Positions 1 to 9,036 of a DNA stretch of 64,000 nt are shown here, one piece after another. The notes beneath the pieces are model-generated. The model was not told the DNA's origin. It ran no database searches and saw only the letters and a program-made list of their open reading frames with translations. This stretch comes from Nitrososphaeria archaeon (GTDB taxonomy: Archaea > Thermoproteota > Nitrososphaeria > JACIWG01). Location: NCBI GenBank assembly GCA_963752255.1, contig CAVVXT010000007.1, positions 47,930 through 111,929 on the forward strand, read 5' to 3'. A program made the position numbers and the translations under genes. Within the stretch, counting starts at the first letter, position 1. Each line of letters begins with the position of its first letter.

Positions 1-1
1 G

Positions 2-145
2 GCGTACAAGTTAGGGTATTATGACTTGCCAAGAAAAATCAGTTCTGAACAATTATCAAGAAAACTCAACCTTCACAAATCCGCTTTGGCGACGCACCGC
101 AGAAAAGCAGAACTACGCATACTCACTCAGATGCTAAAAGAATAA
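2..145 (+). CDS. C-terminal part of an HTH_10 (bacterio-opsin activator-like) transcriptional regulator, truncated by the window edge
   Basis: Manual translation AYKLGYYDLPRKISSEQLSRKLNLHKSALATHRRKAE...* matches the A..GYYD.PR......LA..L......L.KAE pattern of HTH_10. Confidence 0.85.
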   Translation, partial: AYKLGYYDLPRKISSEQLSRKLNLHKSALATHRRKAELRILTQMLKE

Positions 146-270
146 TGCCGAGGTAGCCACTTGACCAATCAAAGGGATTTCCCGCATTTTCTCTTAGAAA
201 TAACTAATGGAAAAAGGACTTAAACCCTTTTGGGTATAGGTCCCACCGAACTTGAACCTAATTGCCCTTC

Positions 271-319
271 TAATAATTTACCAGTAGATTTATGCCGAAA
301 TCCCACCCCCCACACTAAT
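271..319. repeat. Degenerate copies of the tRNA-Leu(GAG) 3' end and its downstream flank (att-like scar)
   Basis: 299-319 aatcccaccccccacactaat is 20/21 identical to the reverse complement of 11917-11937; 271-290 taataatttaccagtagatt is 17/20 identical to 11900-11919. Confidence 0.6.
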
Positions 320-542
320 AGACCGAACACGCGATCTCATCTTCAATTAAAACTTTTAGAAAGGTGAATCCACACTTTTCGTAGAGTTTCTGCAGTGTTT
401 GAGTTCTTGCAGGACTTTCCACAGACGTTTATTCCAGATAGATGGAAAGGTGATATTTAGGGTTTATTGTCTCAATCAGTCAAAAGATTACTTCATCCGT
501 CTAATAAAAGGTTAAAAATGTACAAACAATTATAAATTTTAA

Positions 543-1628
543 ATGGCAAAAAACATCAAATGGATAGGAATCATCATAGGTTTGATCTTAATTGGAATGA
601 TACTAGGGATTTCACTTTTCCAAAATGTTACAACGACTTCGCCTTCCACAGTAACATCAACAACCACAGAACATTCCACTTATACATCGACCTTTACAAC
701 TACATTTCTAACTATGTCGGCAATAACATCGACTCAGACTTTAACTACGACACTGCCAGTAACCATTACAGCAACTTCTCCGCAATATACTACAGTTACG
801 ACAACAGCAACTTCAGTTCAGCCTTCGGGCGAAGTTGTTGGCGTCTATTTTTCCCCCAACGGTGGCTGTGCGGATAAGGTAGCATATTGGATAAGCCGAG
901 CAAATTCTTCCATACACGTTCTGATATATAGTTTTACGCTCACAAATATCGGTGATTCGTTGATACAGGCAAAGAATAAGGGTGTAGACGTTAAAGTTGT
1001 CTTTGAAAAGAGTCAGGTCAGTCAGGACTCTCAGTATTTCAGGCTCGCAAACGCAGGCTTGGATGTAAGAAATGACACTAACCCAGACCTAATGCACAAT
1101 AAGGTCGCGATAATAGACGGATACATCATAATAACGGGGAGCTTCAACTGGTCCAGTGCTGCAGAGAGTGACAACAACGAAAACATGATCATCATAAACA
1201 GCAGCAACCTTGCGGTCAGATATGAGGCAGTGTTCCAGCAGATCTGGAGCCTTAGCATATCTACATCAAGTCAGACCACTAAAACCTCTACAACACTGCC
1301 CAGTGCAGTCACCATCTACGAAGCACATTATGATGCTGCAGGAGACGACTGGAACAACTTAAACGATGAATACATTATAATTAAGAACTTTGGAAATGCT
1401 GTTGTATCTTTGACAGGATGGCAGCTTGTAGATTCGATTGGGCATACTTTCACATTCCCAGAGTTCTCCTTGTATCCTGGAGGTACTGTAACTGTTTACA
1501 CTGGCTCCGGCATGAACACGGTGACTGCGCTTTACTGGGGGTCGGCAAGTCCGATATGGAACAACGACCATGATACAGCGTACCTTTACGACCAAAATAG
1601 GAACTTGATCGATAAGAAGATCTGGTAA
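543..1628 (+). CDS. Membrane-anchored phospholipase D-family (Nuc-like) nuclease with C-terminal lamin-tail domain
   Basis: N-terminal TM helix; Thr/Ser-rich linker; single HKD motif (MHNKVAIID, GSFNWS, NNEN); LTD motifs NDEYIIIKN, LTGW, WNNDHDTAYL. Confidence 0.88.
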   Translation: MAKNIKWIGIIIGLILIGMILGISLFQNVTTTSPSTVTSTTTEHSTYTSTFTTTFLTMSAITSTQTLTTTLPVTITATSPQYTTVTTTATSVQPSGEVVGVYFSPNGGCADKVAYWISRANSSIHVLIYSFTLTNIGDSLIQAKNKGVDVKVVFEKSQVSQDSQYFRLANAGLDVRNDTNPDLMHNKVAIIDGYIIITGSFNWSSAAESDNNENMIIINSSNLAVRYEAVFQQIWSLSISTSSQTTKTSTTLPSAVTIYEAHYDAAGDDWNNLNDEYIIIKNFGNAVVSLTGWQLVDSIGHTFTFPEFSLYPGGTVTVYTGSGMNTVTALYWGSASPIWNNDHDTAYLYDQNRNLIDKKIW

Positions 1629-1810
1629 CTCAAAATTTCTCTTACTCAATAATGATTAATGTAGTATAAAGTATCAATACGCTGCATAAAGAGAGTTAAA
1701 CTAAAATTTCAGAATCAATTGTCGAGTTTAATTTATGTTAGCCTTTTTTTGTTCTATCTCCAAAAATGCTTTATATCATAATAATCATTTGATTTCCATC
1801 AACTTTTTTT

Positions 1811-2020
1811 CTAAAGTCTGACTTTTCTGTGTCTTGTGTAGTCTAATATCAGTGCACCAATAATAGCCAGCGTCCCAACGACAGAAAGTGGGAGAAGAAG
1901 AATTGGAAGATTTCCTGACTCTGGCAATCCCTGTTGCCCGTTTCTAAGCGTGTAGCTGGAAACTGGTGTACTTGTGCCCTGTTCGTAAAGTGTTGAAAGC
2001 TTCCTGAGTTTGAAAAGACA
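1811..2020 (-). pseudogene. Orphan C-terminal fragment of a cell-surface protein (anchor motif, TM helix, basic tail)
   Basis: Start-less 69-aa frame ending GLPESGNLPILLLPLSVVGTLAIIGALILDYTRHRKVRL*; in-frame TGA at 2021-2023 immediately upstream. Confidence 0.5.
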
Positions 2021-2094
2021 TCATGAAGCCCTTATATCCAGTTAAATAGAGAGCTTTTATTCTCAAGTGCTCAAATAATTTAGAAAAGTTGCTT

Positions 2095-2394
2095 CTAAAG
2101 AAAACGTGCTTTCTTTAACTCTCCGTTGACTTTGTTAAATTCTTTGAAGGTGTCTTTTAGTGAAATCGGCGCCTTTCTCTGCATATATTTACCTGAAATA
2201 AAAAGGGCCCATCCAACCGCATCTGATATTGTCGGATCGGGCAACGCTACCAAAGCGATGCCGAAGTTAGAAATTTTTTTGCCAACATTTGTTGAATGAG
2301 TAATGTTATACACTCTGGGCTTTAGAGAATTCGAGTCTATACAAGAACCTGTTTTTTTTAAAAAAGAATAATGTTCATCATATTCAGTAGACAC
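2095..2394 (-). CDS. Hypothetical protein with central hydrophobic segment
   Basis: 99-aa ORF with GIALVALPDPTISDAVGWAL segment. Confidence 0.55.
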   Translation of the reverse strand: MSTEYDEHYSFLKKTGSCIDSNSLKPRVYNITHSTNVGKKISNFGIALVALPDPTISDAVGWALFISGKYMQRKAPISLKDTFKEFNKVNGELKKARFL

Positions 2395-2521
2395 TTTTTA
2401 TTTCGTCAACTTTATTTGAATGTTTATTCATTGCTGTTTCTGACTTGTTGGTCTGCTAATTAAATCACTAAAGGTGCCAAAAATATGGTTCAAAGTTAAA
2501 AAATTTTTACCAGTAAAAAAG

Positions 2522-2597
2522 TGCTCCGGCCGGGATTTGAACCCGGGATCTTCGGCTCGAAAGGCCGGAATGCTTGACCGGACTACACCACCGGAGC
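2522..2597 (-). tRNA. tRNA-Glu(TTC)
   Basis: Cloverleaf GCTCCGG...CCGGAGC-A; anticodon loop CT-TTC-GA; T loop TTCAAAT. Confidence 0.95.
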
Positions 2598-2707
2598 ACG
2601 TTTATCTGTGGAGTTTTTAATGTGTTTATATTGTTTTTGTTTTCGTTGACATTTCGATCGCGTTTACCTTAAAGTTATATAAATTACGTTTTATACGTCC
2701 TAGGCAA

Positions 2708-3079
2708 ATGGAAAAGATAGGGCATATCATTTGTCATGTTAAAATTTCAACAAACAATGTCGGACAATCAGGCAAGTTCTATAAAGAGGTATTTGGCTGG
2801 AAAATCGTCTGTGACCCGGCAAATTCGAACTATGCCACATTTGATCCGGGTTCGGGTGTTGGGGGAGGAATTGTAAAGTCAAAGAACATTATTCCACCGC
2901 ACACCGTTGTTTATGTTTTGACTGACGATATAGCGGAAACTTTAAAGAAGGTGGTAGAAAAAGGAGGAAAAATTATTTTAGACAAAACGAAGTTAGGACA
3001 AAACGAAAAAAGAGGATGGTTTGCATTCTTCCCAGATCCCGATGGAAATCTGATCGGATTATTTGAACCTAAGCTGTAG
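2708..3079 (+). CDS. VOC/glyoxalase family protein
   Basis: FYKEVFGW, GGGI, VYVLTDDI, GG.I, FPDPDGNLIGL motifs. Confidence 0.9.
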   Translation: MEKIGHIICHVKISTNNVGQSGKFYKEVFGWKIVCDPANSNYATFDPGSGVGGGIVKSKNIIPPHTVVYVLTDDIAETLKKVVEKGGKIILDKTKLGQNEKRGWFAFFPDPDGNLIGLFEPKL

Positions 3080-3453
3080 GTTCTGGACGGTAAAATTCTA
3101 CCTTACACTTTGTTAGAAGGTTGTTTTTGAAGACGATATATAATATTTCTACTTGGGAGTAAAGTTTGATGTCGGCTGTAAACATGATTTTGGCTTTAGA
3201 CCTATAAAATTGGCGCTGCCCATGTTAATGTTTCTTTTTTGGCTTATGCAGGACGGCAAGCCGCTAGTTCACTTAATTAAAGCTATAGAAATTTAAATAT
3301 TTGCTGAATAAAAGGAACTCATGAGGTAATAGAAGTCAAAACGAAAGCCTTTTAGATCGTCGAAAAGGGTCCTCAGTCTAACTGTGTGTATGGTTTGAAA
3401 TAGTTACCCAAGATGAAAGTGCTTCATGTTCAAACTCTATTAAAGGTTACCTT

Positions 3454-3828
3454 TCACGTTACACATATTTTGCAGTCTGACGGCACGCCACTGACATTCC
3501 TGTGAATTTCACAGAGGAGACCCTTTCTCCTAAGTTCTTTACATAGGGCGCAGAAGTATTCCATGCTTTCAACTGAGGGATTATTTGTGATTTCTTCCGC
3601 ATAAGAGTGGGCATAGTGATCAATGACATCCAAATCAAAAAATGATCTGAACTTCTGGCTAAACCCCCTCTTTTGTCCCACATAGAGACTTACGGTTGCC
3701 TGTGAAATACTCAGCAGTTTCGCTACTTCGATCTGGGTTAAGCCTCTTTCATTTATCAGTATATTGACCACCTTAGATCTAAAGACAGGTAATACATACT
3801 TGGAAGAAATTTCGCAAACGGGATGCAT
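3454..3828 (-). CDS. HTH transcriptional regulator (COG2522-like) with Cys/His-rich C-terminus
   Basis: PVCEI...LP.FR, GLTQIEVAKLLSISQATVSLY helix-turn-helix, CxxC/CxxH/CxxC tail; ATG at 3828 preferred as start. Confidence 0.8.
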   Translation of the reverse strand: MHPVCEISSKYVLPVFRSKVVNILINERGLTQIEVAKLLSISQATVSLYVGQKRGFSQKFRSFFDLDVIDHYAHSYAEEITNNPSVESMEYFCALCKELRRKGLLCEIHRNVSGVPSDCKICVT

Positions 3829-3949
3829 AATACCAAAATATAACAAAGGTTAAATAAAGATATAAATGTTTTCTAAAATACCCTAGTCCGATAATAAAAA
3901 ATAATTTAATAATTAAAGTTTTATATTTGACTATTAAGGGTGTGGATTC

Positions 3950-4372
3950 GTGCCGGACAAGGAATTGGACAAAATTATGGAGAAGAAGTACGGGGAAATG
4001 CTCAAAAATGAGCATAGCGCAGATGCTGATGTTGCAGTAACATCAGGAAAAATACTTTATCAAATAGGAGACAGCGACTTTGATCAGTTTTTAAAAGCCA
4101 AAAAGGACATGGCTGTAGACTTCTATGCTGACTGGTGTGGTCCGTGCAAGATAATGTCTCCAATCTTCGATGAAGTCGCAAATGAAATTTCCCCAAAGGT
4201 TTCGTTTGCAAAGGTCAACGTCGACGATAGTCCTAACACAGCGGAAAAGTTCTCTATAATGGGCGTACCAACTGTTTTATACTTTAAGAGCGGTAGTCTA
4301 GTTGATAAAACCGTCGGAGCAATTCCAAAAAACGCCTTCAGGAACAAGATAAAAGAAATTTACGGAATCTAA
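3950..4372 (+). CDS. trxA: Thioredoxin
   Basis: DFYADWCGPCK active site, cis-Pro motif GVPT. Confidence 0.93.
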   Translation: MPDKELDKIMEKKYGEMLKNEHSADADVAVTSGKILYQIGDSDFDQFLKAKKDMAVDFYADWCGPCKIMSPIFDEVANEISPKVSFAKVNVDDSPNTAEKFSIMGVPTVLYFKSGSLVDKTVGAIPKNAFRNKIKEIYGI

Positions 4373-4412
4373 AAATCATTCTGTATTAACAGAATTATCT
4401 GTTTAAAAATTG

Positions 4413-5594
4413 TCATCCTTTTGAAAGCATAAACTCTAGACCCAAAATTTGATATACATCAGACAGAACTTCCAAATTCGAACCGTCTCTCATGGTTGTA
4501 TCTGTCACTTTGAAAAACAAATTCAACGCATTACCTGTATCCATGTTGGAGTACAGTTCTTCAAAAAATTTGTTCTTTAAATCTAGAACCTCCTTTGACG
4601 GAGCAGAAACACCTCTATAATTGTGGAGACGTCTCTGCATGTCTCCTAAAATTTCCTTATACCTGAGCAGATCTTCCATCTTAAAGTCGAGTTCTTCTTC
4701 TCTGCTCTTTGAGAGAAAATACGCTCTTAAAGCTTCAGGAGGACATTCACTTAGTATCTTGTCAGCGTAAATAATGTTTCCCTCAGACTTCGACATCTTT
4801 TTACCTTCAATCAACAGAACACACGTGTGAACCCAATAAGGTACGTAAGGCGATGTATCTTCAACAGCTATCCCCAAGCATTCTAGACAATCATGGTGGG
4901 GGTAAACGAGTTCAACGGCTCCACCGTGCAAATCGTGCGGGCCTTTGAAAACATCGTTAGCTATAACGACGTCTTGCAGATGCCACCCGGGCCTGCCCAT
5001 GCCCCAGGGAGAGTCCCAATAGGGTTTTTCATCGCTTTTGAACCACAGGAGGAAATCAAGCGGCCCCTTTTTCCCATCATAGGAGTCAAGCCTGAGATCG
5101 TAAAGCCTTTCCCTGCTAAGACCGGAAACCAGTCCATGATCAACAATTTTATCATAGTCAAGGAAGATGTTACTATTCAGTTGGTAGGCAAGTCCTTTAG
5201 AGATAAGTTTTTTCACAACGTCTATACTCATTTGGACGTATTCTGAAGCTCTTGGATAGTATGTGGGTGTTCGGATGTTCAGTTTAGATAAGGTCTTTAA
5301 CGTCTTCCTGTAGAACTTATCAGATATTTCCTTATACGAGACGCCTTCTCTTCTTGCCTTTTTAAAGACGTCTTCGTCTACGTCTGTAAAGTTCAGGGCG
5401 AAATCAACCTTGTACCCTGAACGCCGTAGTGTTCTTGCGAGTACATCAAAAAAGACGAAAGTTCTAACATGTCCTAGGTGCAGCCCGTCGTACACTGTTG
5501 GACCACAGACCTGCATCTGAAGTCGATCGGCGTGCCTCGACCTGATTTCAACAATCGAATTAGTGTTTGTGGTGTAGATGCGCATGTACGCCAA
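4413..5594 (-). CDS. Cysteinyl-tRNA synthetase-like class I ligase, truncated and with an atypical Zn site
   Basis: CGPTVYD..HLGH, SPWG.GRPGWH and KMSKS present; WHLQD and PHHDCL replace WHIEC and PHHENE; only 393 aa. Confidence 0.8.
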   Translation of the reverse strand: MAYMRIYTTNTNSIVEIRSRHADRLQMQVCGPTVYDGLHLGHVRTFVFFDVLARTLRRSGYKVDFALNFTDVDEDVFKKARREGVSYKEISDKFYRKTLKTLSKLNIRTPTYYPRASEYVQMSIDVVKKLISKGLAYQLNSNIFLDYDKIVDHGLVSGLSRERLYDLRLDSYDGKKGPLDFLLWFKSDEKPYWDSPWGMGRPGWHLQDVVIANDVFKGPHDLHGGAVELVYPHHDCLECLGIAVEDTSPYVPYWVHTCVLLIEGKKMSKSEGNIIYADKILSECPPEALRAYFLSKSREEELDFKMEDLLRYKEILGDMQRRLHNYRGVSAPSKEVLDLKNKFFEELYSNMDTGNALNLFFKVTDTTMRDGSNLEVLSDVYQILGLEFMLSKG

Positions 5595-5634
5595 AACTTA
5601 AATTTCCAATCCTATTTAAGTAGTACGCGATATA

Positions 5635-5931
5635 ATGAAAAAAGATGACAGATGCTACATATATTATATACCTTGGGAAAGAGAGCTGCCAGAAAACGAA
5701 CTGGAGAAGAAAGTCCTCACACTTGGACCAGATGAGGGAATAAGGATATCAGCTGAACTAAATGATGGAAGGATGGTAAAAATTTTTGTAAACAAAACTG
5801 GTCTTGAATATGTTATCACACTAACTTATGATAATGGAAAAGAGCACATATCCAGCTTCAAAAGTGGTATCGAAGCTTACAATGCACTATTTAAACAAAT
5901 AAAGAGGATAAGAAATATCATTCTATACTAA
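5635..5931 (+). CDS. Hypothetical protein
   Basis: 98-aa ORF divergent from the CysRS-like gene with an upstream TTTAAG box. Confidence 0.6.
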   Translation: MKKDDRCYIYYIPWERELPENELEKKVLTLGPDEGIRISAELNDGRMVKIFVNKTGLEYVITLTYDNGKEHISSFKSGIEAYNALFKQIKRIRNIILY

Positions 5932-5963
5932 GCTAAGTCTACGGAAAAACGTTTCGATGGAGA

Positions 5964-6992
5964 TTAGTAAAACAGCTCTTTTAATGCGCTAAGTATCGCA
6001 GGATCTAAGGTCTTCGTCTTTGAGGCTGATTCATCAATGCTTACAGAAACAATCTGAGTTCCTTTTAGTGCGACCATCATGCCAAACTTTTCTTCTTTTA
6101 TTAGGTCGACAGCTGCGAGGCCGAAACGGCTCGAGAGGACCCTATCAAACGCTGTCGGCTGTCCACCTCTAATAGTGTGACCAAGAGATGTAGCCCTAAT
6201 TTCACCTCCGATTCTCTTCTCAAGTTCTTCAGCCAAGAATTGTCCTACTCCACCGAGTTTCACGTGACCGAAATCGTCAACTTTTCCGTCTCTGGCGAAT
6301 GTTTTAGGCATGTTCTTCAAAATCGCACCTTCAGATACGACTATAAGAGCTGCCTTGTCCCCCTTCAGGCGTCTTTTCTTAATAAAGGATGCGATATCTT
6401 CTATATCGAACGGCTCTTCCGGAACTAGAGTTAAGTTAGCGCCTGCCGCTATCCCAGCGTATGCTGCGACCCATCCCGAATTGCGGCCCATTATTTCAGC
6501 GATCATTACGCGATCGTGGGATTCACCTGTCTGTAGAAGATTATCCAACGCATACATCGCTTCGTTAACTGCAGAATCGAAGCCAAACGTATAATCGGTA
6601 AAAGACAAATCATTATCCATCGTCTTAGGAACGCCGACAACCTTTAACCCCATTTTATAGAATCTTGCTGCAGCACCAAGAGTGTCGTCGCCGCCGATGG
6701 CAATAAGGCCGCCTAAGCCAAGTTTCTCCACATTATCCATCACCTTTTCAGGGCCTTCAGGATACTTGAAGGGATTAGTTCTAGTAGTTTTCAGTATGGT
6801 TCCACCCCACTTATGAATATTTGATATGTTTTTGAAGGAGAGGTCAATAGAATCTGGCTCAAGAAGACCCTTCCAGCCGTATCTAATTCCCACAGCCTCC
6901 CAACCGTATTCCTCCGCACGTTTAACAGCAGCCCTTATTACAGCATTTAAGCCAGCGCAGTCCCCACCGCCAGTAAGGAGACCTATCTTCAA
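5964..6992 (-). CDS. pfp: PfkA-family 6-phosphofructokinase, probably PPi-dependent
   Basis: TGGGDCAGLNA, GGDD, PKTMDND and MGR motifs; GGDD plus PKT is the PPi-type signature. Confidence 0.88.
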   Translation of the reverse strand: MKIGLLTGGGDCAGLNAVIRAAVKRAEEYGWEAVGIRYGWKGLLEPDSIDLSFKNISNIHKWGGTILKTTRTNPFKYPEGPEKVMDNVEKLGLGGLIAIGGDDTLGAAARFYKMGLKVVGVPKTMDNDLSFTDYTFGFDSAVNEAMYALDNLLQTGESHDRVMIAEIMGRNSGWVAAYAGIAAGANLTLVPEEPFDIEDIASFIKKRRLKGDKAALIVVSEGAILKNMPKTFARDGKVDDFGHVKLGGVGQFLAEELEKRIGGEIRATSLGHTIRGGQPTAFDRVLSSRFGLAAVDLIKEEKFGMMVALKGTQIVSVSIDESASKTKTLDPAILSALKELFY

Positions 6993-7005
6993 TGCAATTC
7001 GCCTT

Positions 7006-7782
7006 TTATCCTTTAACTATTTTTAATGCTTCCTCTAAACTCTTCCCTTCTATGACTAAGGCTCTTAAAGCACCAGCCATTTTAAGAGGCTGATTATGTT
7101 GCCAAACATTTCTCCCCACCGCTACCCCATTGCCACCGGCATCTATGACCCCTTTAACATGCTGTAAGAAGATCTCTTCAGTGGGAGCTTTTGGGCCGCC
7201 TGACATCAAGACCTTCGATTTCCCCGCGGCCTTAACAGCCCAGCTAAACGATGCAGGATCACCTGAGTACTTTATCTTCACAGCATCAGCCCCGAGCTCA
7301 TGACCTATCCTCGCTGCGTAGGCAACTATTTCTTTGGTGGTATCATCCTTCACTGCTTCCCCTCTTGGATAAATCCAAACTACAACTGCCAGGTCGTGTT
7401 TCCGAGCTTCTTCCTGAATCTTCCCGAATTCTTGAATCATTAAGCTCTCATACATGCTGCCTGGGTATATGGTGTAGCCTACTGCTTTAGCGCCCAAACT
7501 TACGGCGTATTCGACAGAACAGTTTTGTCTAGCAATTGGATCACCTTTAACGATGTTTGTTTTACCATTTACCTTCACAATCAGGGGAACTCTACCATTG
7601 TAGTAGTGCTCAGCTAATCCCTTTTGAAAAACGATACCGTTGAAATGCCCCTTTTCAGCAATCTCCATTATGAAGCTGGGGTCTATGTTTTTTTGGTTAA
7701 AGTCTGTGGGACCGTGCTCTAAGCCTTGATCGTATGCGAGTATTATGGCTCTATCCTTTTCTAGGAACTTATCAAAACCCAT
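7006..7782 (-). CDS. fba: Archaeal-type class I fructose-bisphosphate aldolase (DhnA/FbaB family)
   Basis: AYDQGLEHGP, YPRG, ELGADAVKIKY (Schiff-base Lys), SGGPK, GRNVWQ. Confidence 0.92.
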   Translation of the reverse strand: MGFDKFLEKDRAIILAYDQGLEHGPTDFNQKNIDPSFIMEIAEKGHFNGIVFQKGLAEHYYNGRVPLIVKVNGKTNIVKGDPIARQNCSVEYAVSLGAKAVGYTIYPGSMYESLMIQEFGKIQEEARKHDLAVVVWIYPRGEAVKDDTTKEIVAYAARIGHELGADAVKIKYSGDPASFSWAVKAAGKSKVLMSGGPKAPTEEIFLQHVKGVIDAGGNGVAVGRNVWQHNQPLKMAGALRALVIEGKSLEEALKIVKG

Positions 7783-7896
7783 AGTTATCTAAGCAAAGAG
7801 ATAGAAAGCGATATATTAACTTTTAACATAAGCCTGTTTTAAAACTGACTTGAGACGTCAAAGATTTAAATCATATCAAATAAAATAATGCAAAAA

Positions 7897-9036
7897 TCAT
7901 TTTTTGAATAAGAGGACGCTCTCAAGGGCTGATCCAATCTTGCGTCTTTCGTGATCAGTAACCGTTCTCCTGTTAACGTACAGTATCTTTTCCACTTTGA
8001 ATCCAACGCTTTTGGCCAGTTCTGATATATGTAAATGAACAGGAATGATCCTATCAGGGAAGACCCCTTCGCCAACGACCATGGCAACTTTCCCTCCGTC
8101 TTTCAGAACCCTAAACTGCTCCAGGAGAATCCTTTTAATATCCTTAAGATACGCTTTTCCAACAGCTGGAATATCCAAGTCTGAGAAATCTGAGAAATCG
8201 CCGGTTACATCAAGCCCAATATAGGATCTGATAGCTTCAGATCTTGATTCTCCGAAGAAGAGCTCATTTTCCAGAGAATACACTTTCATGTAGTCTATTA
8301 TGTTAAGATAGGGGGGAGAAGTGATAACGGCATCAAAAGCCGCATCATCAAGGAAATTGAGACTCCTAGCGTCTCCTTGGAAGACCTTAACCGATGCTCT
8401 CTCAGGACCGAACTTCTTTAGATCATTAAACATTCTCTTCACCGTCCTCTTAAACAGCGGCCTGAATGGAGGAACATTTTTAATCGGACGTATCTTTATA
8501 TAAGATCCATCCTTGTAAGCGAATGAAACCTTCTCTGAAGATATCATAAGCGCCAGAGTGAAAAAGTTCCGAATCGTAGGATCTTCGATGCGCGCTATAA
8601 TACCCTTGAAGAAGATAATATCCTCAAGCGCATATTTTGTAAACGAACGCTTCACCATTGAACTATAAGCACTGACATCGGTGGGAACAAATTTGTTCGC
8701 AAAGATGTTTCTGGATATCACCTTCATTTTTTCTATGTCATAGTCCATAGTTTTGACTTGGGAGAGAAAGATCGACAAAGGCATCACATCAACCCCTATA
8801 GAGTTTATTGCACGCTCCTTGCACGAAAGAAGGGTCGTCCCTGAACCACAAAAGGGGTCCAGAACCCATTTGCCGCCTTTGATCCTAAAGCGATCTAACA
8901 TAAGAAAAACAAAATCTCGTGAGAAACCTTCTTTAAAATGGAACCAGTTATATATGGGATACCGTTTGTTTGGAACAAAGGTTATAAGCGGACCCCGATC
9001 AAAGTCTTCTTCGACTCTAAAATTACCCATCTGCAA
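7897..9036 (-). CDS. Orphan amino (N4-C/N6-A) DNA methyltransferase
   Basis: Motif I LDPFCGSGTT precedes motif IV ITSPPY; N-terminal YNWFHFKEGFS. Confidence 0.82.
   Translation of the reverse strand: MQMGNFRVEEDFDRGPLITFVPNKRYPIYNWFHFKEGFSRDFVFLMLDRFRIKGGKWVLDPFCGSGTTLLSCKERAINSIGVDVMPLSIFLSQVKTMDYDIEKMKVISRNIFANKFVPTDVSAYSSMVKRSFTKYALEDIIFFKGIIARIEDPTIRNFFTLALMISSEKVSFAYKDGSYIKIRPIKNVPPFRPLFKRTVKRMFNDLKKFGPERASVKVFQGDARSLNFLDDAAFDAVITSPPYLNIIDYMKVYSLENELFFGESRSEAIRSYIGLDVTGDFSDFSDLDIPAVGKAYLKDIKRILLEQFRVLKDGGKVAMVVGEGVFPDRIIPVHLHISELAKSVGFKVEKILYVNRRTVTDHERRKIGSALESVLLFKK

Noticed and set aside
630-820. Repetitive ACN/TCN-rich DNA
   Set aside because: Explained by the Thr/Ser-rich protein linker; not a CRISPR array or DNA repeat
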